Positions 28,363-38,517 of a DNA stretch of 64,000 bases are shown in pieces. The DNA comes from Candidatus Dojkabacteria bacterium (lineage in GTDB: Bacteria > Patescibacteriota > Dojkabacteria > SC72). Each line of letters opens with the position of its first letter. The first letter of the stretch is position 1. The notes under the pieces are model-generated. The model ran no database searches. It was not told the origin of the DNA and worked only from the letters and a program-made list of their open reading frames with translations. The stretch is taken from assembly GCA_018056375.1 (NCBI GenBank), contig JAGPFQ010000002.1, forward strand, positions 75,344 to 139,343, written 5' to 3'. Both the position numbers and the translations under genes were made by a program.

Positions 28363-29035
28363 CTTTTTTTATCTTTGTTGCAGATTTAAATCTGAAATAG
28401 TCACTTAATCTTAAACCTCTAAATTGACCAATCAAGAGGTTAAATACTATCAATGCTGGAACAATCCATAGGTTATTAATTACATATGTTGCAGCAAATT
28501 CTCTTGTAATCACAAACCAACCAACTGTTGCTACGAGTAGGGTACCTATAAATGAGGTTAGTGATGATTTGAAAGACTTTTGAACTAATTGCTTAATGAA
28601 GAAGTCTGAAAGTGTTGCAATCGAAATTAATGCTAGTGGTGGAATATTTGCTATATTTTCTAAACCTAGTTTGTATTTATTAGCAATTAGTATAAATCCA
28701 GTAATTGCCATGGTTAGTAAGCAGTAGTTGATAGCGATTCTTGTGATGTAGTGCATTCTAATTTTTCGAAGCAAGTAGTGAGATAGAAGGGTGGTTAGAA
28801 TGACTACTATTGTTGTAGCCAAGCCGTATTTTAGACCGGTGTACGAGTATGCTATTGCTAAGATAATGGGGGCATATATACCGTAGCTTTTAGTACCAAG
28901 AATGTATCTAAAGATACTTACAATGGTAGCCACTATTGTAATAGCTACAAGTAATTCAATTGTTTTTTCTGGTAAACCATTTTCGATTAACCAGCTTGTA
29001 AATGGAGAGTAATTCACTGTTCTACAAAATGACAA
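28355..29035 (-). CDS. Seven-transmembrane protein (7TM module of the 7TM-transglutaminase-associated ATP-grasp systems; no transglutaminase domain)
   Basis: 226 aa with seven predicted hydrophobic helices. First gene of a co-directional, tightly spaced or overlapping five-gene minus-strand cluster with the ATP-grasp genes. Confidence 0.5.
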   Translation of the reverse strand: MSFCRTVNYSPFTSWLIENGLPEKTIELLVAITIVATIVSIFRYILGTKSYGIYAPIILAIAYSYTGLKYGLATTIVVILTTLLSHYLLRKIRMHYITRIAINYCLLTMAITGFILIANKYKLGLENIANIPPLALISIATLSDFFIKQLVQKSFKSSLTSFIGTLLVATVGWFVITREFAATYVINNLWIVPALIVFNLLIGQFRGLRLSDYFRFKSATKIKKDD

Positions 29036-29222
29036 TTTAATGTTTTTATAATAGCAGATTTATGACTTAATTATACCATTTTTAGAGAGGAAAAGATAGT
29101 AATAAGAACTGTGGTTACCTTGTGAGATTTGCCAGTGTGTATCTGGACTATTATCGTTTTTAGTCAAAAAGTTAATGTACTATAGGTGTGTTGCCTTGCA
29201 ATTTGATTAGTAACTTGGTGTA

Positions 29223-30326
29223 ATGAATGAGATGAAGAAGGTCTTGATATTTACTGCCGGCGCTGGTGCTGGACATGTATCGTGTTCTAATGCACTTAAG
29301 AATGCATTATTAGAAAAAAATAAAAACTGGGAAGTAGAAATAATCGATATGTATCTACTTTCAAAAACTACCTCTAAAAATGGTCATCTTTACTCTTTAG
29401 TTAGTCGTATACGCCTCTTTGAAGCTGTATACAATCTAATTCATATATTAGTAGATAAATATAGATGGTTTGCTAAGCTTGCTGAATTTGTTGCTCTTAG
29501 ACCAATGTACAAACCAACTTTGAAGGTCATAGAGGAATATAATCCTGATATTGTGGTGGGAAATAATGCATTGTTAATACCAGTATTAGATTGGTGTCGT
29601 AAAAGGAAGGAATTTAAATATTTTGTTACTGTTACAGATCTAATAACTGTTTGTAGATGGTGGGCTAGTGAATTAGCAGATACAGTTTTTGTACCCACAG
29701 AGGAAGCTGAGAAGACACTGAAGGCATATGTTCCTAACTGTAACATTGCACGTGACTATTTCTCTTTTAGGGAAATAAAGCCTCTCTCTAAAGAGGAGAA
29801 GATGGAAGTATTTGAGCATTTCTTTTCAGGAACGACATTTAGTCCTACAAAACCTTTGATTGTGGTAACAGGTGGTGGTTTCTCAACAAGAAAAATAATG
29901 AAGGGTATTAAAAAGTATATTGAATCTTCTCATCATCAGTTTGTAATTCTAACTGGAAGAGACAAGGTGTTGTATGATGAGTTGCAAGAGGAGTTTGCAG
30001 GAGATGATAATGTCTTGATTCTTGGCTTTACGGATAGGAATTTAGATTTGATAGCAATTGCAGATGTCGTTATATCAAAATTTGGTTCTGTTAGTGTTGT
30101 AGAGATAGAGGAGATGAACAAAAAGACCATATTTACAAAACCTGTTGGTTATCAGGAATATGGAAATGTTGAATATATTAAGAGAAACAGGAATTTTGTA
30201 TTTGTAGGTAATAACTACAGACAAGTAGTTATTGAAATAGAGAGTTTCTTAATAGAAGACTATGAACCTTCAACTGCCCATATTCAAAATGCTAATGCAA
30301 TAGTTGAATATATCTTACAAAAATAG
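29223..30326 (+). CDS. GT28-family glycosyltransferase (MGDG synthase / UgtP-like diacylglycerol glycosyltransferase)
   Basis: N-terminal KVLIFTAGAGAGHVSCSNALKNAL resembles the MGDG_synth/UgtP N-terminal motif, 367 aa. Confidence 0.55.
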   Translation: MNEMKKVLIFTAGAGAGHVSCSNALKNALLEKNKNWEVEIIDMYLLSKTTSKNGHLYSLVSRIRLFEAVYNLIHILVDKYRWFAKLAEFVALRPMYKPTLKVIEEYNPDIVVGNNALLIPVLDWCRKRKEFKYFVTVTDLITVCRWWASELADTVFVPTEEAEKTLKAYVPNCNIARDYFSFREIKPLSKEEKMEVFEHFFSGTTFSPTKPLIVVTGGGFSTRKIMKGIKKYIESSHHQFVILTGRDKVLYDELQEEFAGDDNVLILGFTDRNLDLIAIADVVISKFGSVSVVEIEEMNKKTIFTKPVGYQEYGNVEYIKRNRNFVFVGNNYRQVVIEIESFLIEDYEPSTAHIQNANAIVEYILQK

Positions 30327-30435
30327 TTTCCTTTACATTTTGCAACCCTAAGTTTACATAAAGCAACTGTAAATTGGTGGTTGCAACTGCTAATATATTG
30401 GTAGAATTGGCCATTAATTTAACAATATATTAAAT

Positions 30436-31887
30436 ATGAGTTTTAGAAAAAATTTAGAATACCTTAGAAAGGGTAGAAAGCTTTCTCAGGAAGATCTAGC
30501 AGACAAGCTAGGTATTTCTAGACAGTCTGTTTCTAAGTGGGAATCTGGAGCAGCATATCCAGAAACAGATAAGATGTTGGCTCTGTGTAAGCTCTTTGAC
30601 TGTACTCTTGATGAATTAATGAATCAAGATATGCAAGAGGAGAAGTTAGAGGAATCAAGGAAATATACATTTAATGACTTCCTAAAGAGTGTTACGGGGA
30701 TAGTTGATAGGAGTATTAAGATGATTACTTCTATGAATGCTAAGTCTCTGTTTAAGTTTGTTTTAGAAATAGGTGTTCTTTTACTCTTGATTATATTGAT
30801 GAGACTACCTTTTCAATATATATATGATGCTGGAGCCAATATCTTTACACAGATAGATAGTAGATATTTTGATATATTGAGAGCTTTTTGGAAATTCTTG
30901 ATTGATATAGTGTATCTTGTAGTTAGTATAGTAGGTTTTGTATATATATACAAAGTACGATTTCTTGATCCTTTTGAGAGTATAGAGGTGAGAGAGACAT
31001 TTAAGAAGGAGAAGGTTAAAGAAAAAGGAGATCAACCTTCTGTAGTTAAGAGTGAAGTAAAAGAAGTTAAAAAAGTAGAGAAGAGGAATGTAGATTTTGG
31101 AATATTTAGATTCTTAGGAAAGGTTGTTCTCTTCTTTGTTAAGTGTTTTGTAGCTTTTTGTACTCTATTTATCGTATTTTTCTTCCTCTGTTCTGTTGCT
31201 GGTGTAGTTGTTTCAATCTCATGGATGTTTGAAGGTGTTGTCTTTTTTGGTGTTCTGCTCTTCCTTCTTACATTAATAGCATTTCTTGGTATGTTAATAG
31301 TGGTTTTGTACAATTTCATCTTTAACAGGAAGACTGCATGGAAGAAGATTCTTGTAGTTCTTTTAATAACCCTTGTAGGATTTGGGATTAGTGCAGGAGT
31401 AGGGTTCTTAGAGTTTAAGGAGTTTTCTGTCAATACAGAATGTGGTTCAGCCTTAACATCAGACATGGAGGTTAGGGAGTTTGAGATGAAAGATGAGTTA
31501 GTAGTACAAGTGAATAGTGGGGTTAGAAATTATGTGATAGATAATACATTGGGAGATATTATAAAAGTGGAGGTGAGGTATTCTAAGAAGTATTCCGAAG
31601 TCCATATTGATGAGAGAGAGAATGATATTTTGGTACATAGGGTAGATAAAGGGATTTCTTTTAAAGATATTTACAAAGTTTTTCTATATGATTTGAAGAG
31701 GAAGGAATTGAGAGGGAATTACAGAGATGCATTTGGTGATTGTGTGACTATATATGCTAGTAGGGAAAACAAGGATAAGCTTCAGCAGAATTGGGAAGAA
31801 AGGGTTGGTGTACATATGTCAGGCGATTATCCTTGTATTTGTATTGAAGATGGTGAGGAGTTTGGGTGTGAGTGTGAGTTAAGGTGA
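30436..31887 (+). CDS. XRE-family helix-turn-helix protein with multi-pass membrane region and C-terminal domain (RodZ-like architecture)
   Basis: N-terminal HTH LSQEDLADKLGISRQSVSKWESG; several TM helices; C-terminal Cys-containing soluble domain. 483 aa. Confidence 0.55.
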   Translation: MSFRKNLEYLRKGRKLSQEDLADKLGISRQSVSKWESGAAYPETDKMLALCKLFDCTLDELMNQDMQEEKLEESRKYTFNDFLKSVTGIVDRSIKMITSMNAKSLFKFVLEIGVLLLLIILMRLPFQYIYDAGANIFTQIDSRYFDILRAFWKFLIDIVYLVVSIVGFVYIYKVRFLDPFESIEVRETFKKEKVKEKGDQPSVVKSEVKEVKKVEKRNVDFGIFRFLGKVVLFFVKCFVAFCTLFIVFFFLCSVAGVVVSISWMFEGVVFFGVLLFLLTLIAFLGMLIVVLYNFIFNRKTAWKKILVVLLITLVGFGISAGVGFLEFKEFSVNTECGSALTSDMEVREFEMKDELVVQVNSGVRNYVIDNTLGDIIKVEVRYSKKYSEVHIDERENDILVHRVDKGISFKDIYKVFLYDLKRKELRGNYRDAFGDCVTIYASRENKDKLQQNWEERVGVHMSGDYPCICIEDGEEFGCECELR

Positions 31888-31917
31888 GTAGAAAAATTCC
31901 AAAATTGAACAGATTAA

Positions 31918-31957
31918 TTACCTCTCTGTCAAAATAGATAGAGAGGTAGTTGTTTTT
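31918..31957 (+). terminator. Rho-independent terminator after the HTH-membrane gene
   Basis: Perfect 8-bp stem ACCTCTCT/AGAGAGGT (31920-31927 / 31940-31947) followed by agttgttttt. Confidence 0.55.
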
Positions 31958-32078
31958 AAAAGTAGAGGGGGTCTTTTTACTAAATGTCCATATTTCCCTG
32001 TTTATAGTTAAAAAACACTTGCTATTAATAGATTAATATTGTAAATTGTAGGATAGAAACTGCTTATACTTTTTTTAA

Positions 32079-35000
32079 ATGGAAATAACTAAAAAGCCCA
32101 ATATACCACAACAAACAGCTAGTGTTAGTAACAAGAATCAAACAGATGTTACTTCTTGGATAAAAAATAACAGTTTTACAAACTCTAAGGAGAATATGAT
32201 AAAGCTTGTTGTATTAGCACTTTTGGCTTTTCTTCTTCCGTTTTCTGTAGTTGTATCATCTGCAACATACAGTAAGTATGATTTTTTCAAAAAAGATCAG
32301 GTAACTGAAGGTGATGTATTAGGTGCTGGTGAAGCTGTTTGTCAGGAGGATAAGGTGTGTGGAATGGTTGGTTTAGGAGGTTGTGTAGCTAGAGCTGAGT
32401 GTTTGGAGAATGAGTTTGCTTGTGGGGAGGGTGCTGATATGGTTTGTTGTGATAAAGGGGAGTGTCAGGAATGTTCTCCATGTATAGATGGTTTTCAGGC
32501 AGAAGCAAATGAGTGTGGAGAGGTGACAAAGAGTTGTGAGAGTGTTGATTGTACAGGTGGAGTTTGTGGTGAGGTAGAGAGTGTTTGTTATCCGGTGAAA
32601 TATAAGGTGACTTATGGTACCAAGGAAGGAAAATGTCCTGAGCCAGAGGAGGTTTGTCCTGGAACTGCTAACAAGGCTCCTGAGTGTAGTAGTAATACTG
32701 CTACTGTACAGGAATATACTTTGATTAGTGGTACTTGTGAAGGATTTGATACTAAGACAGGGGTTTGTAATGAAGTTGTGGAAGATCTTGAAGTTGGTGT
32801 TGTTTGGGAGCCAATGGTTTTACCTAAAGGTTCTCCACTGATGGGTGCAAAGGGTGGTGCAGGGATCAGGGCAATGACAGCACCTAGTATTAGTAGTGTC
32901 TCTCCTACGAACTATTCTTTTCTAGGTGGTGGTAGTATGACAATTAATGTCTCTAATATTGTTGACACGGAACAGTTTGATATTGTTGCTTCTGGAGGTA
33001 ATCATACTTGTGGAATAAAGAGTGATGGTTGGGCCTACTGTTGGGGGTATAACTATCACGGTCAATTAGGTGATGGAACTAATACGAACTCTTCGGTACC
33101 TGTAAAAGTTGCCCAAGGTGTAATTCCAGAAGGAGTGGGATTGAAAGAAATTACAGCTGGTAGTACTCATACTTGTGTGATAGGGACGAATGATAAGGCT
33201 TACTGTTGGGGCTACGGTGCTAATGGTCGACTAGGTAATGGATCTACAAGTAATAGGAATACTCCTGTTGCAGTTAATACTACAAGAACATTTAGAGGTA
33301 TTGTTGCTGGAGGTGGTCATACGTGTGCGTTTGGTGATATAGAAATGTACTGTTGGGGATTAAATAGTTCAGGTCAATTAGGTGATGGTACTACAACTCA
33401 AAGAACAACTCCTGTTCAAGTTAATCGAGGGGATATACCTGCAGGCACTGGTCTTTATAGTCTCACTGCAGGAGATTCTCATACTTGTGTACTTGATACA
33501 GGCAATGTTATTGGAGGGGGTGGTCCCATAGTGTCTGCAGTTTCAAATGTTAAAGCATATTGTTGGGGGAATAATCAATATGGTCAAGTGGGGGATGGTA
33601 CTACAACAACCCCGAAAACGACTCCTGTAGGTGTAGATTTTATAGCTTTTGGTACACCGAGCCCTTTTAAGAAAATAAATGCAGGTGGTTATCATACTTG
33701 TGCAATAAATGGTAATGATGTTACTTACTGTTGGGGGTTGAATAACGGAGGTCAATTGGGTGATAACAGCACAAATAATGCTTCCAGACCAAAAGCTATT
33801 AATCAAGGTAATATTCCTACAGGAGAAACATTGGAAATGCTGTCTCTTGGTTTATATCACTCTTGTGCCATAGCTAGTAATGCAAAAGCATATTGTTGGG
33901 GGCAGGGTCAATATGGTCAGTTGGGGAATAGTGGCACGGGAGGATCTTATACTCCTGTAGCTGTAAGTCAAGGAGCAATTCCTACTGGGATAGGAATTGC
34001 CAATATGGGGACAGGTAGTTACCATGGTTGTGTGAGAGGTAGTAATGGAAAACTATATTGTTGGGGACAGAATACCTATGGTAAGTTAGGAGATGGAACT
34101 ACAACTACTCCAAGAACTTCTCCAGTGGCTGTTGTAGATGCTGCAGGTGCAAATACGTATGAAATAAATATAGGGAATAATACATTGACAAGAACACTGA
34201 CTCCTGGAACTACGAGTATATCTGTAAGTCCAATACTTGCACATACTCCAGGTACAGTGTCTATATATATAAAGAGGTTAACAGATAATGTTAACTCTAA
34301 CAGTGTTTCTTTTGTATATAGCAATTTCCCTGCACCGAGCATTTCTAATGTAAATCCTAATACTATTGGTCAAGCAGGAGGAGAGACAGTCAGTATTACA
34401 GGGTCTAACTTCCTTGATTACAATGTGTTTGGGAGTGTTGTTAGTATATCAGCAGGTATGTTTCATTCTTGTGCAATTCAGGAAGAAGGTGCTTTTTGTT
34501 GGGGAAGAAATAATTATGGTCAGTTAGGTGATCGTTCTATAAACCAGAGAAATACTCCTGTTCTTGTGGATAAGGGAGATATTCCTGCAGGAGTGTCTCT
34601 CAGTAGTATTAGTGTAGGGAGTTATCATACTTGTGGAGTTGGAAGTAATTATAAAGCTTACTGTTGGGGGTATAACAATGCCGGGCAGCTAGGTGATGGT
34701 GGTAGTGTAACTAGTAGTGATTCTCCTATTGAAGTTCAGACAAGTGTGACCTTTAAGAGTATCAGCGCAGGTGGTTATCATACTTGTGGCATAAGTACTG
34801 ATAATTGGGCATACTGTTGGGGACAGGGAACATATGGTAAGTTAGGTAATGGTGGTACGACTGATTCCTCAATACCAGTAGCTGTCAATCAGGGGGCTAT
34901 TCCAAGTGGAGTCTCATTGATAAGTATCAGCGCAGGTGCTAATCATACTTGTGCTATAGGCAGTGATGATTGGGCTTACTGTTGGGGACAGGGAACATAT

Positions 35001-37205
35001 GGCAAGTTAGGTAATGGTGGTACTGCTCAATCCACAGAACCTGTGGTTGTGAGTAATGGAGGCATTTCAACAGGAACAAGGCTTGTTAATATTAGTGCAG
35101 GTACTAATCATACCTGTGTTATAGGGGCTAATTGGGCGTATTGTTGGGGACAGGGAAGTTATGGGGAATTGGGGAATGGTGGTACTGCTAATTCCTTAGT
35201 ACCAGTAGCTGTTAGCCAAGGCGCTATTCCAGTGGGAGCAAGGCTAGGAAACATTAGTGTTGGTGGTAATCATACTTGTGCTATTGGTGATGGTGATATA
35301 GGAGTTCACTGCTGGGGATATAATAACACTGGTCAATTAGGAGATGGTAGTAATACTCAATCTTTGACACCAGTATTTGTTCTTACAGGGGCGAGTTCTG
35401 TTATTAAACAAGTGTGTATATCTAGTGGCTCAAATCATACTTGTTCTGTTAATTATAATGGTCAGGCATACTGTTGGGGACAGGGAACATATGGTAAGTT
35501 AGGAAATGACTCTACTACTAACACCCCCACTATGAGTTATGTATTACTAAAAGGTTTAACTCCAACCATAGATTTTGATACAACTCCTGCTACGAGCACC
35601 ACATATACATCTACAACATCTATGAGTGCAGTAACTCCTCCACTTACAGCATCTGGGACAATACCACTAAAACTAACTAATCCAGATGGTCAATATGCTA
35701 CATATAACATAACGGTGAAAGCACCACCTTCAGCTCCACAAAATCTAACTGCAACTGCAGGAAATAAACAAGTAGTATTAAGCTGGACAGCTCCAAGTTC
35801 TCCAGGTAGCTCTCCTATTACAGACTACATAGTTGAATATAGTACAGATAACAGTACATGGACTGTATTTAATGATGGTACATCAACAAGTACTACAGCA
35901 ACAGTTACCGGTCTAACTAATGGAACTTTGTATTACTTTAGAGTAGCAGCAGTAAATACAGTTGGGACAGGGAAATATAGCAATACTGCATCAGCAACAC
36001 CCTTTAATGCACGTCCTGTATTCTCAGCAATATCAAATAACTCACCTAGTGGTACACCTAAGAATCCAGGAGACTCAATTACTTGGAATGCAACAGCATA
36101 TGACCCTGATTCAAATCAAGTGAAGTTAATAGTTTGTGATTCTCAAGGTATAACAGGGGGTATATGTAATGGGACAGAATTATGTTCAAGTTCTTTGGTA
36201 ACTTCTAACCCCTCATGCTCACATACAGCTACACCTCCTTATGCAGCAGGTCCTCATGATGCATATGTTTATGTGTTTGATGGTGAAGGTTTAGCAGCAT
36301 CAGGTGGAGTACATAATACTAATAGTGTCTTTTATATAAACAATGTAGCACCTTCAGTATTATCAGTAACACTTAATAGTGGTAATGCTATTACTTTACT
36401 AGAGAGTACAACCACATCTGTTTCTATTAAAACTCAAATAGAATCTAATAATGGTTGTCAGTCAATAGGGACAGTAACAGCATATCTATATAGATCAGGG
36501 AAGGGCTATACCTACTGTAACAAGGGGGCTGATGCAGATAACAACTTTTGCTATTCAGAAATCTCCTGTATACGAGATGCTGGAGAATGTACAGCTCCAT
36601 ATGGAAAAACAGCAAGGTATACCTGTACTGCAAGTGTCTGGTACTATGCAGACCCAACAGATAACAATACTGTATATAGTAGCGAAAACTGGCTAGCTAC
36701 AGTAAAAGCATTGGGAGGTGGTGGTACTGTTGGTACTGCCCAATCCTCAACAGGAGTAGAGATGAATTCATTAATAGCTTTTGATGTTACTAGCTCACTA
36801 AACTATGGTGATCTTCTTGTCTCTGAAGTTACGGATCCATTAAGTAAAGTATTGACAACTACTGCCACTGGTAATGTTGGTATCAATCAAAACCATTCTG
36901 GTGAGGGTATGGGGATGTGTGTAGACTATAATGATCAACATAATCCATGTTCTGTTGGTACTCCGATAGGGCTCGCTCAGCAGAAGTATAGCACTTCTGC
37001 TTCGACAAGTTATACAGATCCAACAAAAGCAATAGCTTTAACGCCTTCAGCTACTTTGGTTCAGCTAAAAATTCCCAAAGTAACTTCAACTCCTACATCA
37101 GCTAATACTTGGTGGGGCATATCTATTCCATCAAATATATTACCAGGTGCGTACGAAGGAAGAAACAGAATTGAGGCAGTCAAATCTGCTATCTCTGATT
37201 GGTAG
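32079..37205 (+). CDS. Giant secreted/surface protein: Cys-rich N-terminal module, ~21 RCC1 (beta-propeller) repeats, fibronectin type III domain and Ig-like/Cys-rich C-terminal modules
   Basis: Signal/TM at the N-terminus; repeated units ...GGNHTC(G/A)I..DG.AYCWG.N.YGQLG(D/N)G.T...; FN3 PSAPQNLTATAGNKQVVLSWTAP...YYFRVAAVN; 1708 aa. Near-identical DNA repeats between propeller blades at 34800-35510. Confidence 0.75.
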   Translation: MEITKKPNIPQQTASVSNKNQTDVTSWIKNNSFTNSKENMIKLVVLALLAFLLPFSVVVSSATYSKYDFFKKDQVTEGDVLGAGEAVCQEDKVCGMVGLGGCVARAECLENEFACGEGADMVCCDKGECQECSPCIDGFQAEANECGEVTKSCESVDCTGGVCGEVESVCYPVKYKVTYGTKEGKCPEPEEVCPGTANKAPECSSNTATVQEYTLISGTCEGFDTKTGVCNEVVEDLEVGVVWEPMVLPKGSPLMGAKGGAGIRAMTAPSISSVSPTNYSFLGGGSMTINVSNIVDTEQFDIVASGGNHTCGIKSDGWAYCWGYNYHGQLGDGTNTNSSVPVKVAQGVIPEGVGLKEITAGSTHTCVIGTNDKAYCWGYGANGRLGNGSTSNRNTPVAVNTTRTFRGIVAGGGHTCAFGDIEMYCWGLNSSGQLGDGTTTQRTTPVQVNRGDIPAGTGLYSLTAGDSHTCVLDTGNVIGGGGPIVSAVSNVKAYCWGNNQYGQVGDGTTTTPKTTPVGVDFIAFGTPSPFKKINAGGYHTCAINGNDVTYCWGLNNGGQLGDNSTNNASRPKAINQGNIPTGETLEMLSLGLYHSCAIASNAKAYCWGQGQYGQLGNSGTGGSYTPVAVSQGAIPTGIGIANMGTGSYHGCVRGSNGKLYCWGQNTYGKLGDGTTTTPRTSPVAVVDAAGANTYEINIGNNTLTRTLTPGTTSISVSPILAHTPGTVSIYIKRLTDNVNSNSVSFVYSNFPAPSISNVNPNTIGQAGGETVSITGSNFLDYNVFGSVVSISAGMFHSCAIQEEGAFCWGRNNYGQLGDRSINQRNTPVLVDKGDIPAGVSLSSISVGSYHTCGVGSNYKAYCWGYNNAGQLGDGGSVTSSDSPIEVQTSVTFKSISAGGYHTCGISTDNWAYCWGQGTYGKLGNGGTTDSSIPVAVNQGAIPSGVSLISISAGANHTCAIGSDDWAYCWGQGTYGKLGNGGTAQSTEPVVVSNGGISTGTRLVNISAGTNHTCVIGANWAYCWGQGSYGELGNGGTANSLVPVAVSQGAIPVGARLGNISVGGNHTCAIGDGDIGVHCWGYNNTGQLGDGSNTQSLTPVFVLTGASSVIKQVCISSGSNHTCSVNYNGQAYCWGQGTYGKLGNDSTTNTPTMSYVLLKGLTPTIDFDTTPATSTTYTSTTSMSAVTPPLTASGTIPLKLTNPDGQYATYNITVKAPPSAPQNLTATAGNKQVVLSWTAPSSPGSSPITDYIVEYSTDNSTWTVFNDGTSTSTTATVTGLTNGTLYYFRVAAVNTVGTGKYSNTASATPFNARPVFSAISNNSPSGTPKNPGDSITWNATAYDPDSNQVKLIVCDSQGITGGICNGTELCSSSLVTSNPSCSHTATPPYAAGPHDAYVYVFDGEGLAASGGVHNTNSVFYINNVAPSVLSVTLNSGNAITLLESTTTSVSIKTQIESNNGCQSIGTVTAYLYRSGKGYTYCNKGADADNNFCYSEISCIRDAGECTAPYGKTARYTCTASVWYYADPTDNNTVYSSENWLATVKALGGGGTVGTAQSSTGVEMNSLIAFDVTSSLNYGDLLVSEVTDPLSKVLTTTATGNVGINQNHSGEGMGMCVDYNDQHNPCSVGTPIGLAQQKYSTSASTSYTDPTKAIALTPSATLVQLKIPKVTSTPTSANTWWGISIPSNILPGAYEGRNRIEAVKSAISDW

Positions 37206-37220
37206 AGTAGGGAGCAAACA

Positions 37221-37246
37221 AAAAGACCACCTTTCGGTGGTCTTTC
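37221..37246. terminator. Terminator between the convergent giant gene and rplL (T-tract on the minus strand)
   Basis: Stem AAGACCACC-tttc-GGTGGTCTT. On the minus strand it is followed by TTTTTGTTTG. Confidence 0.6.
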
Positions 37247-37269
37247 TAAAGTCCCTTGTTTAAGAAGAA

Positions 37270-37674
37270 CTATGCTAATTCGACTGTAGCACCAACCTCT
37301 TCAAACTTAGCCTTAATCTCTTCTGCTTCCTCCTTCTTAACACCTTCCTTAACAGTCTGAGGTGCACCATCAACAAGATCCTTAGCTTCCTTCAAACCAA
37401 GTTCGGTAATCTCTCTTACAACCTTGATTGCGCCAATCTTGTTATCACCACCATCCTTAAGAACGATGTCAAACATAGTTTTCTCTTCCTCTGCTGGAGC
37501 TGCTTCTGCTGGAGCTGCTGCAACTGCAACTGGTGCTGCTGCTGAAACTCCGAACTTGTCTTCCATAACCTTTACGAGGTCTGCAAGTTCTAAAACAGAC
37601 ATCTTCTCAACAATCTCGAGAACTTTCTTACCATCAGCAGATAGCTCTGGTAATGTTTTTGTTTCCTCTGCCAT
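37270..37674 (-). CDS. rplL: 50S ribosomal protein L7/L12
   Basis: Ala/Glu-rich hinge [19 protein letters not shown] and a conserved C-terminal domain [23 protein letters not shown], 134 aa. Confidence 0.92.
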   Translation of the reverse strand: MAEETKTLPELSADGKKVLEIVEKMSVLELADLVKVMEDKFGVSAAAPVAVAAAPAEAAPAEEEKTMFDIVLKDGGDNKIGAIKVVREITELGLKEAKDLVDGAPQTVKEGVKKEEAEEIKAKFEEVGATVELA

Positions 37675-37709
37675 GTTTGTAAATATTTAAATTAAATAAT
37701 TGTTTCTAA

Positions 37710-38231
37710 TTAAGCTTTCTTTTCAGAAATGCCCTTAAGAACCATAGTTAAACCTCTAACATTGCCTGTAACAGCATTCATAAATCCAGATAGAGATGCA
37801 GACATACTTCCAACCAATTGACCAAGTAATACTTCTTTAGATGGAATCTCTGCTAACTGCATAACTCTCTCTTCTGAGAGAAACTCTCCTTCAAATACAC
37901 CTCCCTTAGCACCTAAGAGTTGAGTTTCTTTCTGTGTTTCTTTAACTAATTTTGCTGGACCAGTAGGATCCTCTTCAAAGTAGATTATCGCAGTAGGACC
38001 ATCTATATCTTGAGCCTCTAGTGGTTGGTTCTCCTCCTGTAATGCTACTTTAAAAATACTATTCTTAACAACTGCATAGTTAGCATCAAGGTCTTTTAGT
38101 TCAACCTTTAGCTTAGTAACTGTAGCAGTATCAATTTTGTCAGAGTTAACCAAAAGATATCCAGACTTATTCTTCAAAATATCTTTATATTTTTCTAGCA
38201 ACTCTGTTTTTTGAGAACGAGTTTTTGCCAT
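37710..38231 (-). CDS. rplJ: 50S ribosomal protein L10
   Basis: Typical L10 N-terminus, directly upstream of rplL; 173 aa. Confidence 0.88.
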   Translation of the reverse strand: MAKTRSQKTELLEKYKDILKNKSGYLLVNSDKIDTATVTKLKVELKDLDANYAVVKNSIFKVALQEENQPLEAQDIDGPTAIIYFEEDPTGPAKLVKETQKETQLLGAKGGVFEGEFLSEERVMQLAEIPSKEVLLGQLVGSMSASLSGFMNAVTGNVRGLTMVLKGISEKKA

Positions 38232-38517
38232 ACACTTACTTATTTAATTAATTTGAATCTATGTTTATCTAACAAGGATTTACTTTTGCACCTTGTTTCT
38301 TCGATAAACAACTGGGCAAATTATATCTCATGGAGTGGGTGAGGTCAAGTAATTGTATTTGGTAAAAATAGTTCTAGTTAATAAATGCAGAAGGTTGTCT
38401 ATATCTTTTTAATACTTTGCAAAAGAGTTTTTAAATGTGATAATTAGATAATACATTATATTTATTAGTTTGATCTATTGTTGTACCCATCAAAATATGG
38501 GAGTATGATATGAAGAG
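38232..38517 (-). promoter_or_regulatory. rplJ-rplL promoter/leader region (possible L10 autoregulatory leader), divergent from the vWA gene
   Basis: 286-bp AT-rich intergenic region upstream of rplJ. L10 operons typically carry a structured leader. No specific motif verified. Confidence 0.3.

Noticed and set aside
34800-35515. Regularly spaced ~45-nt DNA repeats, considered as a possible CRISPR or tandem-repeat array
   Set aside because: They are in-frame blade repeats of the RCC1 propeller coding sequence, spaced ~165 nt apart with coding 'spacers'. No Cas genes are present.
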